Below are positions 9,186 to 19,511 of a stretch of DNA of 64,000 bases, in pieces. Within the stretch, counting starts at the first letter, position 1, and each line of letters starts with the position of its first letter. The DNA comes from an uncultured Acidobacteriota bacterium (lineage in GTDB: Bacteria; Acidobacteriota; Vicinamibacteria; Vicinamibacterales; UBA8438). A program made the translations under genes and the position numbers. Below the pieces are notes generated by a model. The model searched no databases, was not told the origin of the DNA, and was given only the letters and a program-made list of their open reading frames with translations. Where the stretch lies: the NCBI GenBank assembly GCA_913043225.1, contig CAJWLU010000002.1, forward strand, positions 224,001-288,000. Direction: 5' to 3'.

Positions 9186-10363
9186 CGGTATACCTCCAAA
9201 GCGTGCGCTGCGGTGAGCGGCCGCGGATTGAACGTGCCGGTCCACTGCTGGGCGGCATCCTCGGCCAGGACTGGGAGCGCGTTTTGCTCCACCCCTTCCG
9301 GTCCGAGGCGGGCTGGCAGTCCGCCGAGCGTGGCCAGCGTGCGCAGTCGCTCAGCGAGCCGTGCGCTGGCCTGTTCACTGTTGGCGGCGTCCACGAGACG
9401 CGCATACAGTGCTCCCGCGGTCTCGCCGTTCCAGCGAACCACATGTGGAAGCAGAATACCTAACGCGACGCCGTGGGTCATCCCGTAGCGGGCGGTCAGG
9501 GGGTTGGCCAGGGCGTGGGCGGCGCCCAGCATCGACTGCTCGATGGCCCAGCCGGCGTGGAATGCCCCCAGTTGCATGGCGGCGCGGGCCTCTATGTCGT
9601 CGGGCGTTGTCAGCACTCGCTCATAGGCGCCTTCGAGCAGTCGCCAAGCCTCGCGTGCCAGCGCCTCTGAGAGCACAGTGCCTCGCGTAGTCACCGCGGT
9701 CTCGACTGCGTGGGCGATTGCGTCGAATCCTGACGTCGCAGTCACCCTGGCAGGTTGCGACAGGGTCAATGACGGATCCAGTAGTGCGACGCGGAAAGCG
9801 GCCTTAGGGTCGCCGCAGGCCATCTTGAGGTGCGTGGTCGCGTCGGCGATGACGGCGTAGCTCTGTGCCTCGCTGCCTGTTCCGGCCGTGGTTGGTACCC
9901 CGATCATCGGCAGCATTGGTCGGTTCGCCTTACCGTAGCCCCGGTAGTCGGACATCGCGCCGCCGTTGCTGAGTAGGAAGTTGATCCCCTTGGCACAGTC
10001 CATGGAACTGCCGCCACCAAGCCCCACGATCCCATCAATCCCCAGGGGGTGGGCCAGCGCGCACCCTGCCTCGACCATCGCGGTGTCGGGATTGACGTCG
10101 AACTCGTGGAACCGGTTCACCGTGAGTCCCGCATCACTGAGCAGCCGCTCGGCGACCGCCACGTGACCCGCGTCGACCAGTCCCTGGTCGGCGACCAGGA
10201 GCGGCCGCTGGAATCCCAATTCTGCCGCGACTGTACCGAGGCGCTCCATCACGCCTGCCCCGAACAGCAGTCGCGTTCGCGGTTCGAATTCGAAGGCCGT
10301 CGAGACTGGCCGTGGGCTATCGGTCAGCGCGTCTGACGCCAGGGGGTCGCTGGTAGCGGCCAT
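9173..10363 (-). CDS. Iron-containing alcohol dehydrogenase
   Basis: [21 protein letters not shown], metal ligands DAIAH, AAHALA, HGVA; C-terminal NPR. Start taken as ATG 10363, 16 nt after the TonB receptor stop. Confidence 0.92.
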   Translation of the reverse strand: MAATSDPLASDALTDSPRPVSTAFEFEPRTRLLFGAGVMERLGTVAAELGFQRPLLVADQGLVDAGHVAVAERLLSDAGLTVNRFHEFDVNPDTAMVEAGCALAHPLGIDGIVGLGGGSSMDCAKGINFLLSNGGAMSDYRGYGKANRPMLPMIGVPTTAGTGSEAQSYAVIADATTHLKMACGDPKAAFRVALLDPSLTLSQPARVTATSGFDAIAHAVETAVTTRGTVLSEALAREAWRLLEGAYERVLTTPDDIEARAAMQLGAFHAGWAIEQSMLGAAHALANPLTARYGMTHGVALGILLPHVVRWNGETAGALYARLVDAANSEQASARLAERLRTLATLGGLPARLGPEGVEQNALPVLAEDAAQQWTGTFNPRPLTAAHALEVYRCAF

Positions 10364-10379
10364 GAGGTGGGGTGTGGGG

Positions 10380-13300
10380 TCAGAACAGCAGCTTGATTCC
10401 AAGCTGCAGTCGGCGTGCCGGCTGAGCCGAGAGAATCTGGCCGAAGGTTGGCGAACCGAGGAAGGCATCGGGCAGGTTGAAATTGGTGCGGTTGAACAGG
10501 TTGAACGCTTCGAGTCGAAGCTGCAGGTCGGTCGATTCGCTCAGGCCGACCCGCTTGAGCAACGCCAGGTTGACGTTGGCGAAGCCGGGGCCATCGAAGC
10601 CGTTGCGCGGACTGTCCCCAAAGGTGCCGAAGGCTGGAAATGCGAACGCGTCGGTGTTGAACCACCCGTCGGGGCTAGGGTTCTCTGCCGCGGCGCTGTC
10701 CACCAGATTCGGGCGGTCGTTGGCGCCAAAGCCGAGAGCCGCGCGTCCGGTGTTGCTGTTGTCGATCTCGGGGAGCAGCGCCACCGTGAAGGGGCTGCCA
10801 CTTTGCGTCGAGATCACCCCCGCCAACTGCCAGTCGCCGAAGACGCTCGCTAGCCCGCCCGTGTCCCCCTGGTTCCGTCCGTAGGGTAGCTCGTAGGCGA
10901 AGCTCACAGATAGGCGGTGGCGGACGTCGAAGTTGGACCGGCTGAACTCGGCGTCCGGATTGTTGCTGTCCTGAGGGAAGTTCGGGTCTCCGGCGCTCGA
11001 GAAGAAATCGGATCCGTCGTCCTCGGACTTGCCGAGCGTGTAGGCGGCCAGTAGGGACAGGCCACTGCGATAGCGCTGTTCACCGGTGATCTGCACTGCG
11101 TGATAGCGTGACCGGCCCCGTGACTCGAGTGACACGATATCTGCAAAGAGCGGGTTGGGACGTAGATTCAGAGGGTTCGGGCTGGCGTCAGCCTGATTGA
11201 TGTCGCGCCCGCGGAGCAGATTGTTCCCGCGCGAGCCGACGTAGGCCATCTCGATCGAGCGCCCTGGTCCGATCTCCTGCTGGACGGTCGCGTTCCAGTG
11301 TTGCAGGTACGGCGTCTCGAGGTCGCGCTGAATCGTTAGCGCCGACGGCGGCAGCGCGAATGGGAAGAAGCTCGGGAACGGATCGAATAACGTGAGCGGG
11401 AGCCCAGGTAGCGGGAAGAACAGGTTGAAGTCAAAAAACGGTGGGTTGAAGTAGAGCCCCTCACCCGGTGCCAGGGCCGCCTGATCGTAGTAGACCCCCC
11501 AGCCGCCGCGGATGATTGTCCGGCCACCGTTGAGGGCCAGCGCGGCGCCCAGCCGCGGCGCCAGGTTGTTACGGTCGGGGTCGTAGCCGGCGCGTGGGAT
11601 GCCGCCGGTGCCCACCGCGACGAGTGAGCCGGTGGCCGGGTCGTAGACATTAGCCCGGTCGTCGGCGTCCACGGCGGGCGAGGCATAGTCGTAACGGAGG
11701 CCGGCCGAGACGGTCAGGTTCGACCCGATCTGGATGTCATCCTGGACGAACAGGTTGTAGCTCGAGGTGCGCAGCTGCTGCGGGTTGTCGAGGCGTGCGC
11801 CGCCGGTTACCAGAGGCAATCCCAGCAGCAGGTCAGCGAGCGCGTTACCGGTGAACGCCATCGGGAACGATGAAAAGGTCAGGAGCCCTCTCGACTGGAC
11901 GTCCCGGAAGGCGTCTTGCTGCGTGAACTGCAGGTCGGCGCCGAATTTGAACAGGTGCGCTCCGCGGGCGTAGGTCAAAGTGTCGAGGACCTGCACCGTG
12001 CCGGTGCTACTGTCCTGCGGATTGTTGTACTCGTCCCCCAGCGGCGAGTAGCCGGTGATCGTGATGAAGCTTAGGCCGTGGTCGCGGACGTTGTCCGAGA
12101 GCTCTGGGAGGCCAAGCGCCTGATTTAGGCTGTTCCCGCTATTTTCGTGGAAGGCGGCGCTCGAGACCCGGGTGTAGCTCACGCGCAGGTCGTTGACGAC
12201 AGACGATGACATGACCCCGGTGAAGCTGCCGAGCACGTTGTGGGCCCGTTGCGGCACGTTCGTGCCGAAGCCCGGTACTTGGCTGAAACCGGGACCCGAG
12301 AACGGCTCGTAAAAGTCACGGTCGGCCACGCTGTAGCGCAGCGTGAGGTTCGACGAAGGTCCGGCCCGGTGGTCGATGCGCGCGTCGAACTGGTCGTTGC
12401 GGTCGGTCAACAACGGCGAGGACACGTAGTTGGCAAATGGCGCGTCGCGGTTCGGGAGAGGATAGAGATTGGCAATCGCTTGCCCGATCGGATTGATGAA
12501 CGGCGCTGGCAGCTGACTGCCGGGGAACGGGAACGGCGTACCGGGCACGAGCGGGGCGGGAAACAGGCTGTCCGAGAAATCGCCCTGGCGCTCGGCTAGG
12601 GTGGGGACGTTGGTCACTCGCGTGATGCTCTCCCGCAGCCGCGTCCCTTCGTAGTCGACGAAGAAGAAGGTCCGATCTTCGATCAGCTTGCCACCGAGTG
12701 AGCCGCCGAACTGGTTCCGTCGGTAGTCTGGGTCCGGCTCGCCCTGGGGAGCATAAAAATTGGAGGCGTTGAGCGAGTCGTGCCGAAAGAACTCATAGAG
12801 GGTACCGTGGAACTGATTGGAGCCAGCCTTGGTGATGACGTTGATCTGCGCGCCGGCGTGTCGGCCGTAGGCGGCGTCGTAGCTGCCGGTCACGACCCGG
12901 AATTCCTCGATCGCGTCGACTGGGGGACGGACCGCCACCGTGTTGAGCTTGGGGTCGACGTTGTAGGCGCCGTCTAGGAGGTACGCGTTCGCCCCTTCCC
13001 GGGCGCCGTTGACGTTGAGCGTGAAGGCACCCCGCACCGAGCCAGCTGAGCCCTGTGCGGCCGTCGTGGTGCCCGGGACGAGCAATGACAGGTCCAGGAA
13101 GTTCCGGCCGTCGAGCGGCAGGCTGGTCACCTGTACGTTGTCGATGACGGTGCTCAGGCCGTGCGCCGCGAACGCCACGGTTGGTTCCCCCGTGACCACA
13201 ACCTCCTCGGAGACCGCGCCGACCTCCAGCGTCAGCTGGAGCTGAAGTTGTTGACCGACCTGCAGGGTCGTCTCGCGGATCAGTCTACGATGTCCGCTGG

Positions 13301-13544
13301 CAGCCGTCTCGACCCGGTAGCGGCCCGGTGCGAGCTGGGACACCGCGAAGCGACCCTGGTCATCGGTCGTCGCGGTACGGGCCAGCGCCGTGGCTTCGTC
13401 GACGACCGTGACGTCGGCGTTTTCTACCCTCGCTCCCGTGGCGTCGGACACCGTGCCGCGGATGACAGCAAGATGGGTCTGTGCCGTTGCGCCGACGCCC
13501 CCAAAAAAGACAAGAGCGGCACCGGCAAGGGTTCGTTCGAACAA
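10380..13544 (-). CDS. TonB-dependent receptor, Oar-like, with N-terminal carboxypeptidase-regulatory-like domain
   Basis: IRGTVSDATGA, LPLDGRNFLDL, DAIEEFRV, TKAGSNQFHG, DRNNLAPRLG, RLEAFNLFN; ends RRLQLGIKLLF with a terminal Phe. Confidence 0.92.
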   Translation of the reverse strand: MFERTLAGAALVFFGGVGATAQTHLAVIRGTVSDATGARVENADVTVVDEATALARTATTDDQGRFAVSQLAPGRYRVETAASGHRRLIRETTLQVGQQLQLQLTLEVGAVSEEVVVTGEPTVAFAAHGLSTVIDNVQVTSLPLDGRNFLDLSLLVPGTTTAAQGSAGSVRGAFTLNVNGAREGANAYLLDGAYNVDPKLNTVAVRPPVDAIEEFRVVTGSYDAAYGRHAGAQINVITKAGSNQFHGTLYEFFRHDSLNASNFYAPQGEPDPDYRRNQFGGSLGGKLIEDRTFFFVDYEGTRLRESITRVTNVPTLAERQGDFSDSLFPAPLVPGTPFPFPGSQLPAPFINPIGQAIANLYPLPNRDAPFANYVSSPLLTDRNDQFDARIDHRAGPSSNLTLRYSVADRDFYEPFSGPGFSQVPGFGTNVPQRAHNVLGSFTGVMSSSVVNDLRVSYTRVSSAAFHENSGNSLNQALGLPELSDNVRDHGLSFITITGYSPLGDEYNNPQDSSTGTVQVLDTLTYARGAHLFKFGADLQFTQQDAFRDVQSRGLLTFSSFPMAFTGNALADLLLGLPLVTGGARLDNPQQLRTSSYNLFVQDDIQIGSNLTVSAGLRYDYASPAVDADDRANVYDPATGSLVAVGTGGIPRAGYDPDRNNLAPRLGAALALNGGRTIIRGGWGVYYDQAALAPGEGLYFNPPFFDFNLFFPLPGLPLTLFDPFPSFFPFALPPSALTIQRDLETPYLQHWNATVQQEIGPGRSIEMAYVGSRGNNLLRGRDINQADASPNPLNLRPNPLFADIVSLESRGRSRYHAVQITGEQRYRSGLSLLAAYTLGKSEDDGSDFFSSAGDPNFPQDSNNPDAEFSRSNFDVRHRLSVSFAYELPYGRNQGDTGGLASVFGDWQLAGVISTQSGSPFTVALLPEIDNSNTGRAALGFGANDRPNLVDSAAAENPSPDGWFNTDAFAFPAFGTFGDSPRNGFDGPGFANVNLALLKRVGLSESTDLQLRLEAFNLFNRTNFNLPDAFLGSPTFGQILSAQPARRLQLGIKLLF

Positions 13545-13669
13545 CTGGGTCTCCTAGTGTCACTGAGGGGCATCTTCGAGTTTCAATGGTAACAGTGAAT
13601 CCAGGGACAGGGCTATTATGGCGGGAGCTGGCGGTGATGGACGTTCGTGGCTGATTCCCCAGGCCCGCT

Positions 13670-14998
13670 ATGTACGAGGATTATTACCGTTTCCGTCGTC
13701 AGCCCTTCAGTCCGACCCCGGACCCAGAGTTCCTGTACAAGAGCGGCTCTCACCAGGAGGCGCTCGAGCAGCTCCTTCGCGGAGTGCGTCGCCGCGAGGG
13801 CATCCTACTGCTCAGCGGTGCCGTCGGGACTGGCAAGACGACCACAACCCGGGCGCTCTTGCAGTTTCTTGACCGTGACGTGTTCACTGCGCTGGTTCTG
13901 AATCCCTTCGTGACGGCGGATGAGCTGCTGCGGGTGCTGCTCCAGGACTTCGGTGTGGTGTCCGACGGGCGTACCCTGCAGGACGCCAGCCGACAGAGTC
14001 TGGTCGAGACCCTCAACCGATTCCTGCTCTCGCTGTCGACCGTTGGGGCGAGCGCGCTAGCCGTGGTCGACGAAGCACAGAACCTGCCGGCTGAGACTCT
14101 CGAGCAGTTGCGGGTGCTGACCACGCTGGAAACCGACCGCCAAAAGCTGTTGCAGATCCTGCTGGTCGGACAGCCGGAGCTGTTGACGGTGCTCGGCAGC
14201 TCCGAGATGCGTCCGCTGAATCAGCGAGTCGCCAGACGGTGCGAGCTCTTTCCTCTCAACCGGGACGAGGTCGAGAAGTACATCGAGTTCCGTATCCGGA
14301 TGGCGCAAGGGGCGTCGGAAACGATGTTCGTCGCACGTGCCATCGATCTCGTGTACCAGCTGAGCGAGGGCGTGCCCCGGAAGATCAACCTGATCTGCGA
14401 TCGGTCGCTCGAGGCTGGGTGCGCCGGGCTCAAGCCAACGATCGACGAGGTCATCGTGGCCAAGGCGGCCGAGGCCCTGGACCTAGCGGGAAGGGTTCCC
14501 ACTCTGGGGAGTGTGTCCCTGCCCACCGTCCGGAGCCCTGGCCGCCTCGGACCACAGACCCGCCGCATGCTGGCGGCAGCGGCGGGTGTGGTCGCCGGTG
14601 TCGGTTTCGCCGTGTTGCTCGCGGTCTACGGTCCAGAGGTCTTGAGCGGCCGCCCGGCCGTGTCGGGGCCCTCCCCCCAGCTGGCCCCCATCGAGTTGCC
14701 CCAGCCGATCGATCTGTCCACCGCGACTGACGCGGTGCTCGACGAGACGTATGTGCTGAGGACCGGCGTCTTCGAGACGACCGAGGCGGCAGAGGCGGGC
14801 GCGGAAATGCTGCGAGATCTCGGAGCGCCTGCGATTCTTGCGCCCGTGACCCTCAATGACGGCACGACGGGCCAGGCCATCTGGATTGGTCCCTACGCTT
14901 CTGAGGCGGATGCCGAGCAGCTCAGGTTGATCGTCACCGACCGGTACGGATTCGGCGACGTTCAGGTGGTTGCCGTGTTACTGCCGGACGCCCAGTAG
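13670..14998 (+). CDS. ExeA/GspA-like AAA ATPase with TM helix and C-terminal SPOR-like domain
   Basis: MYEDYYRFRRQPFSPTPDPEFLY, Walker A GAVGTGKTT, VDEAQNL, LLVGQPEL, GVPRKINLICD; TM near aa 300; IWIGPYASEADAEQL. Confidence 0.88.
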   Translation: MYEDYYRFRRQPFSPTPDPEFLYKSGSHQEALEQLLRGVRRREGILLLSGAVGTGKTTTTRALLQFLDRDVFTALVLNPFVTADELLRVLLQDFGVVSDGRTLQDASRQSLVETLNRFLLSLSTVGASALAVVDEAQNLPAETLEQLRVLTTLETDRQKLLQILLVGQPELLTVLGSSEMRPLNQRVARRCELFPLNRDEVEKYIEFRIRMAQGASETMFVARAIDLVYQLSEGVPRKINLICDRSLEAGCAGLKPTIDEVIVAKAAEALDLAGRVPTLGSVSLPTVRSPGRLGPQTRRMLAAAAGVVAGVGFAVLLAVYGPEVLSGRPAVSGPSPQLAPIELPQPIDLSTATDAVLDETYVLRTGVFETTEAAEAGAEMLRDLGAPAILAPVTLNDGTTGQAIWIGPYASEADAEQLRLIVTDRYGFGDVQVVAVLLPDAQ

Positions 14999-15030
14999 CC
15001 CGTGCCCGCACGACCGCCCATGCGACGGCG

Positions 15031-16953
15031 CTACACATCGAGCGCGTCGGCGTCCTCGGCGTGGTCCATGATGAAGCGAAAACGCGCCGAGGCATCCCGT
15101 CCCATCAGGTCGCTGATGACCCGGTCGGTGTGGATCTGATCCGCGACTCCCACCCGAAGCAGCCGACGGGTCTTCGGGTTCAGGGTGGTGTTCCAGAGGA
15201 TCTTGGGCATCATCTCGCCGAGTCCCTTGAACCGCGTCACTTCGGCCCGTGCCCGGCCTTTACTCTTGCCGAGATCGGAGAGCACCTCGTTCTTCTGTCC
15301 ATCATCCAGGGCCCAGAAGGTCTCCTTTCCTGCGTCGATCCGGTAGAGCGGAGGCTGGGCGAGGTAGACCTTGCCGTTGGTGATGAGCTTGGGTAGATAC
15401 CGATAGAGGAAGGTCAGCAGTAGCGTGGCGATGTGATTGCCATCGGCGTCGGCGTCGGCCAGGATGATGAGTCGGTCGTAGCGCAGTTTGCTCAGCTCAA
15501 AGTTCTTGCCCATACCGCAGCCCAGGGCCGTGACGAGATCCGAGAGCTCCTTGTTCTCGAGCACCTTTGTCAGCGGTGCGTTCTCGACGTTGAGCACCTT
15601 ACCTCGCAGCGGTAGGATCGCTTGATGGATGCGGTTACGCCCTTGCTTGGCTGACCCGCCAGCCGAATCCCCTTCCACGACAAACAGTTCGCTTTCCGCC
15701 GTGCCCGGCGAGGTGCAGTCGCTCAGCTTGCCGGGTAGGTTCAGCCGGTTCGAGGTGGCGCTCTTGCGAGAGACCGCCTGCTGAGCGGCGCGACTGGCCG
15801 CCCGGGCGCGGGCCGCCAGAATAATTCGCGCGACGATGCCCTCGGCCACGCTGATGTTGTGGTTCAGCCAGTGCTCGAGCGAGGGCCGAACAAGTCCGTC
15901 GACCACCCCGGCCAGCTCAGGGTTGTTGAGCCGGTCCTTGGTCTGTCCCTGGAACTGCGGGTCGGAGATGAACACGCTCACCACCCCGGTCATGCCTTCC
16001 CGAATGTCGTCGGTGGTTAACGTGACCCCCTTCGGACTCAGCCCGTGGGTGTCGATGAAGTTCCGGATGGCCTTGCCGAGGCCCGCGCGCAGCCCGTTCT
16101 CGTGGGTGCCTCCCGAGGCGGTCGGGATGCCGTTGACATAGCTCCGCAGGTGTTCGTCGGTGGACTCGGTCCATTGGAGGACGAGATCCAGCCTTGACGA
16201 GCTGGCTTCGTGTTCGCGGGTTAGCGCGAACGGGACGGGATGGACCGGCGTGGCCTCTCGGGTTTCGAGAATCTTGCCGAGAAAGTCCGACAGTCCTTCG
16301 TCGTGCTTGAATGTCTCGGTGCGTCCGGCCGCTTCGTCCTCGAACACGACGGTCACGCCGCGGTGCAGGTAGCTGGCGATCTCCAGTCGTTCGGCAATCA
16401 GGTCGGCGTCGAAAGCGGTCTTCGGAAAGATCGTGGGGTCGGGTCTGAAGAAGACGGTGGTGCCGGCGCCACGCGCCGCGCTGACCCGCTTCAGCTTGGT
16501 CGTCGGTTTGCCCTGGGCGAAGCGCTGTTCCCAACGGGCACCCTCGCGCTTCGAGGTGGCGACGAGCTCTTTCGAGAGGGCGTTCACGACGCTCGCCCCC
16601 ACCCCGTGCAGGCCGCCCGCCGTGCGATAGGTGCGATGCTCGAACTTGCCTCCTGCATGCAGGGTCGTGAAGATGACCTCCAGGGCGCTCTTGCGAGTTT
16701 TCTTGTGGGTGTCCACCGGAATGCCGCGGCCGTCGTCCGAGATCGTGACTGACGTCCCGTCGGTGTGCAGCGTCACTCCGATCCGGGTCGCATGGCCGTT
16801 CATTGCCTCGTCGACCGCGTTGTCCATTACCTCCCAGACCAGATGGTGGAGTCCGGCCGGACCCACGCCGCCGATGTACATGCCGGGGCGACGGCGGACC
16901 GGTTCCAGGCCCTCCAGAACGGTGATGTCCTTCGCTGTATAGCTCTTCTCCAT
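15031..16953 (-). CDS. parE: Type IIA topoisomerase subunit B (ParE-like)
   Basis: VRRRPGMYIG, EVMDNAVDE, DDGRGIP, GGLHGVG, EGDSAGGS, PLRGK, DADADG, RFKGLGEM; 640 aa with no long GyrB insert. Confidence 0.8.
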   Translation of the reverse strand: MEKSYTAKDITVLEGLEPVRRRPGMYIGGVGPAGLHHLVWEVMDNAVDEAMNGHATRIGVTLHTDGTSVTISDDGRGIPVDTHKKTRKSALEVIFTTLHAGGKFEHRTYRTAGGLHGVGASVVNALSKELVATSKREGARWEQRFAQGKPTTKLKRVSAARGAGTTVFFRPDPTIFPKTAFDADLIAERLEIASYLHRGVTVVFEDEAAGRTETFKHDEGLSDFLGKILETREATPVHPVPFALTREHEASSSRLDLVLQWTESTDEHLRSYVNGIPTASGGTHENGLRAGLGKAIRNFIDTHGLSPKGVTLTTDDIREGMTGVVSVFISDPQFQGQTKDRLNNPELAGVVDGLVRPSLEHWLNHNISVAEGIVARIILAARARAASRAAQQAVSRKSATSNRLNLPGKLSDCTSPGTAESELFVVEGDSAGGSAKQGRNRIHQAILPLRGKVLNVENAPLTKVLENKELSDLVTALGCGMGKNFELSKLRYDRLIILADADADGNHIATLLLTFLYRYLPKLITNGKVYLAQPPLYRIDAGKETFWALDDGQKNEVLSDLGKSKGRARAEVTRFKGLGEMMPKILWNTTLNPKTRRLLRVGVADQIHTDRVISDLMGRDASARFRFIMDHAEDADALDV

Positions 16954-17022
16954 GCCTGTTTCAGCGTTCTACGAAGGCGGGCTGGGCGGCCGCCGGAGGG
17001 GGGATCACGCTGACCGGACAGC

Positions 17023-17031
17023 AGTGTAGCA
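17023..17031 (-). promoter_or_regulatory. Putative extended -10 promoter (TGCTACACT) between the topoisomerase A and B genes
   Basis: TGnTAnnnT match about 70 nt upstream of the subunit B ATG. Confidence 0.45.
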
Positions 17032-17114
17032 TGCCGACTTTCGTCCTATATTCGTCATGTGCAGCTGTTACTCATCACGCTGCGCGGCCCGCCGGAGCGA
17101 AGCCCCCTGGACGT

Positions 17115-19511
17115 CTAGCCGTCCAGGGGGGATACGGCCACGGGGGCGGAGACGACTTTGCTGAACTGTCCCCGCTGGAGCAGTTCCCGTCCCTTCCCTC
17201 CTCGGCCGGTCACGCCATACTTTGCGGTGGAGATTGTCTGGCTGGCGCCCCGATTTGTCTCGACGGTCAGTAGGTCCCGATCACCGGTGGAGGCTATGAA
17301 CCCCAGGACTCGGTCGGTACCCCGGGGCAGCTTGACGAGGATGACCCCCTTGCCGGGGCCGGAGAGGAAGTTGATCTCAGCGGCCGGGCAGAGCATTGCT
17401 CTGGCCTGGGCGGTGGCGGTGATGATGGTTTCCTCACCGGAGGTCCAGGCCACGTCGACCACCTCGGCGCCCCCCGCCGGGCGCGCGTAGCGCCGACCGG
17501 CACGCGTGCTCGGCTCGATGAACGTCTCGAGCCCAAAGCGCAGCGCGTAGCCGTCGGTGGTGACGGCGATTGCATGACGAGCCGGCTCGTCGCCCGCCCG
17601 CCGCGGGGTGATGTTCCTGGCCACCCTGGGGTCGAGGCTGAAGGCAGCCACGATCCGCTCACGGTCCTTGAGTTTGAAGCGTCGCTGAATCGGCTCACCG
17701 TGTCCGGTGGTGGCTGGGATGTCGGCAATGCGCGCCGTGTAGGCGACGCCGAAGTTCGAGAAGAAGACACAGGTGGCTCGAGTGCTTCCGGTGAGCGCTG
17801 CCAGTAGCGAGTCGCCCTCTCGCAGACGGGTCGTGGTGACGTCCTTTACCTCCTTCTGTCGCTTCACCCACCCATCGGTGGTGACGAGTACGATGGCGTC
17901 TTCGGCGACGATGAAGTCGTCGGCGGTGTAATCAACTTCTTGCTCGGCCGGCTGGATGATCGTGCGGCGCATGTCGGTTTTGCCCTTGCCGTAGGTCTGC
18001 TGAACCTCCTTTATCTCGTCGCGCACGATGGCCCAGCGCTTCGGCTCGCTCTTGAGCAGACCGCCGATCTGGCGGGACCGTCTCCGCTTTTCTTTCAGCT
18101 CCTCCCGGATGATCAGGATCTCGAGCCGGGCCAGTCGATAGACCTTCAGCTCGAGGATGGCGTCGGTCTGTTCGGCGTCGAGAGGAAAGCGCTTCATCAG
18201 CTTCGCCGCCGCGTCCGCTTTGCCATCCGACTTTCGTACGATCCGTAGCACCTCATCGAGAGTGTCGAAGACGGTCTCGAAGCCTTCCAGGATATGGATC
18301 CGCCGGGCCAGGTCGGCCATCTCATGCTCGAGACGCCGGGTCACCACGTCGAGACGGAAGCGGAGGAAATGCCAGAGCAGCTCGTGGAGTCCCAGGCGCT
18401 CGGGACGGCCGATGTCTTCCTGTCCGGTCGGTACCAGGCAGGTGAGGTTCACCGCGAAGTTCGTTTGGAGTGGGGTGTGGCGGAACAGATACGCCATCAC
18501 CATTTGTTCGTCGGCGTCGCGCTTGAGCTCAAGCACGATGCGCACGTCGTCGGTGGACTGGTCGTTGACGTCGACCAGCGGCGGGAGCTTTCGGGCGACG
18601 ATTACCTCGGCGATCCGCTCGACGAGCTGCCCCTTGTTCGTCGCATATGGAATGCTGGTGATCTGGATCGTCTTGCCTCCGCGGGTGGTTGGTCCCTGCT
18701 CCCAGGTGGCTCGCAGCCGGATGCTGCCGCTCCCGGTCTTGTAGATCTGCTTGAGCTCGTCGGGTGTGTTCAGTACCTGGCCGCCGGTCGGGAAGTCGGG
18801 ACCCTTGACGTACCGACAGAGCCGCTCGCTGCTCAGCTCCGGGTTGTCCAGTAGTTTGAGGAGCGCAGTGCAGACCTCGCCGATGTGGTGCGGTGGGATG
18901 TTGGTGGCCATCCCCACCGCGATGCCGGTCGTTCCATTGATCAGTAGGTTGGGGAGTCGCGCCGGGAGGACGACCGGTTCTTGGCGGGTGCCGTCGTAGT
19001 TGGGCCGAAACGGCACCGTATCCTGTTCGATCTCTCCCAGTAGGTCGGCGCTCGGTGTAGCCAGCCGGCACTCCGTGTAGCGCATGGCGGCCGCCGCGTC
19101 CCCGTCGAGGGACCCGAAATTGCCATGACCGTCGACCAGCGGATAACGCAAGGCGAAGGGCTGGGCCATCCTGACAAGCGTGTCGTAGAGTGCCGTATCG
19201 CCGTGTGGGTGGTAGCTGCCCATCACGTCGCCCACAACCTTGGCCGACTTGCGCGGCTTGGCGTCGGCGCGCAAGCGCTGCTCCCACATCGTGTAGAGAA
19301 TCCGCCGCTGCACCGGCTTCAGTCCGTCCCGCACGTCTGGCAGCGCGCGTGAGGTGATGACCGACAGTGCGTAGTTGAGGTAGCGCGACTCTGCCGCGTC
19401 GATGAGCTCTACGCTCGGTTCGCGGGTCTCCGCCGCGGACTGGTCGCCGTCGGTCTCAGAGGTCGGGGAATCGAACAGCGGCGCCGTTCGGCGCCCTCGT
19501 TGTTTCGCCAT
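17115..19511 (-). CDS. parC: Type IIA topoisomerase subunit A (ParC-like)
   Basis: [25 protein letters not shown], catalytic [28 protein letters not shown]. Start ATG 19511 overlaps the Nudix stop (TAATG). Confidence 0.8.
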   Translation of the reverse strand: MAKQRGRRTAPLFDSPTSETDGDQSAAETREPSVELIDAAESRYLNYALSVITSRALPDVRDGLKPVQRRILYTMWEQRLRADAKPRKSAKVVGDVMGSYHPHGDTALYDTLVRMAQPFALRYPLVDGHGNFGSLDGDAAAAMRYTECRLATPSADLLGEIEQDTVPFRPNYDGTRQEPVVLPARLPNLLINGTTGIAVGMATNIPPHHIGEVCTALLKLLDNPELSSERLCRYVKGPDFPTGGQVLNTPDELKQIYKTGSGSIRLRATWEQGPTTRGGKTIQITSIPYATNKGQLVERIAEVIVARKLPPLVDVNDQSTDDVRIVLELKRDADEQMVMAYLFRHTPLQTNFAVNLTCLVPTGQEDIGRPERLGLHELLWHFLRFRLDVVTRRLEHEMADLARRIHILEGFETVFDTLDEVLRIVRKSDGKADAAAKLMKRFPLDAEQTDAILELKVYRLARLEILIIREELKEKRRRSRQIGGLLKSEPKRWAIVRDEIKEVQQTYGKGKTDMRRTIIQPAEQEVDYTADDFIVAEDAIVLVTTDGWVKRQKEVKDVTTTRLREGDSLLAALTGSTRATCVFFSNFGVAYTARIADIPATTGHGEPIQRRFKLKDRERIVAAFSLDPRVARNITPRRAGDEPARHAIAVTTDGYALRFGLETFIEPSTRAGRRYARPAGGAEVVDVAWTSGEETIITATAQARAMLCPAAEINFLSGPGKGVILVKLPRGTDRVLGFIASTGDRDLLTVETNRGASQTISTAKYGVTGRGGKGRELLQRGQFSKVVSAPVAVSPLDG

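Noticed and set aside
17036..17085. Hammerhead-ribozyme-like words on the minus strand (GTGATGAG ... GACGAAA)
   Set aside because: The core would need CUGAUGA, and I could not form stem II or the flanking stems. The region is better explained as a promoter.
15031..19511. Calling this pair gyrA/gyrB
   Set aside because: ParC/ParE-type residues (VQRR, RFKGLGEM), no canonical GyrA-box position and reversed gene order argue against it, though this is not phylogenetically confirmed.
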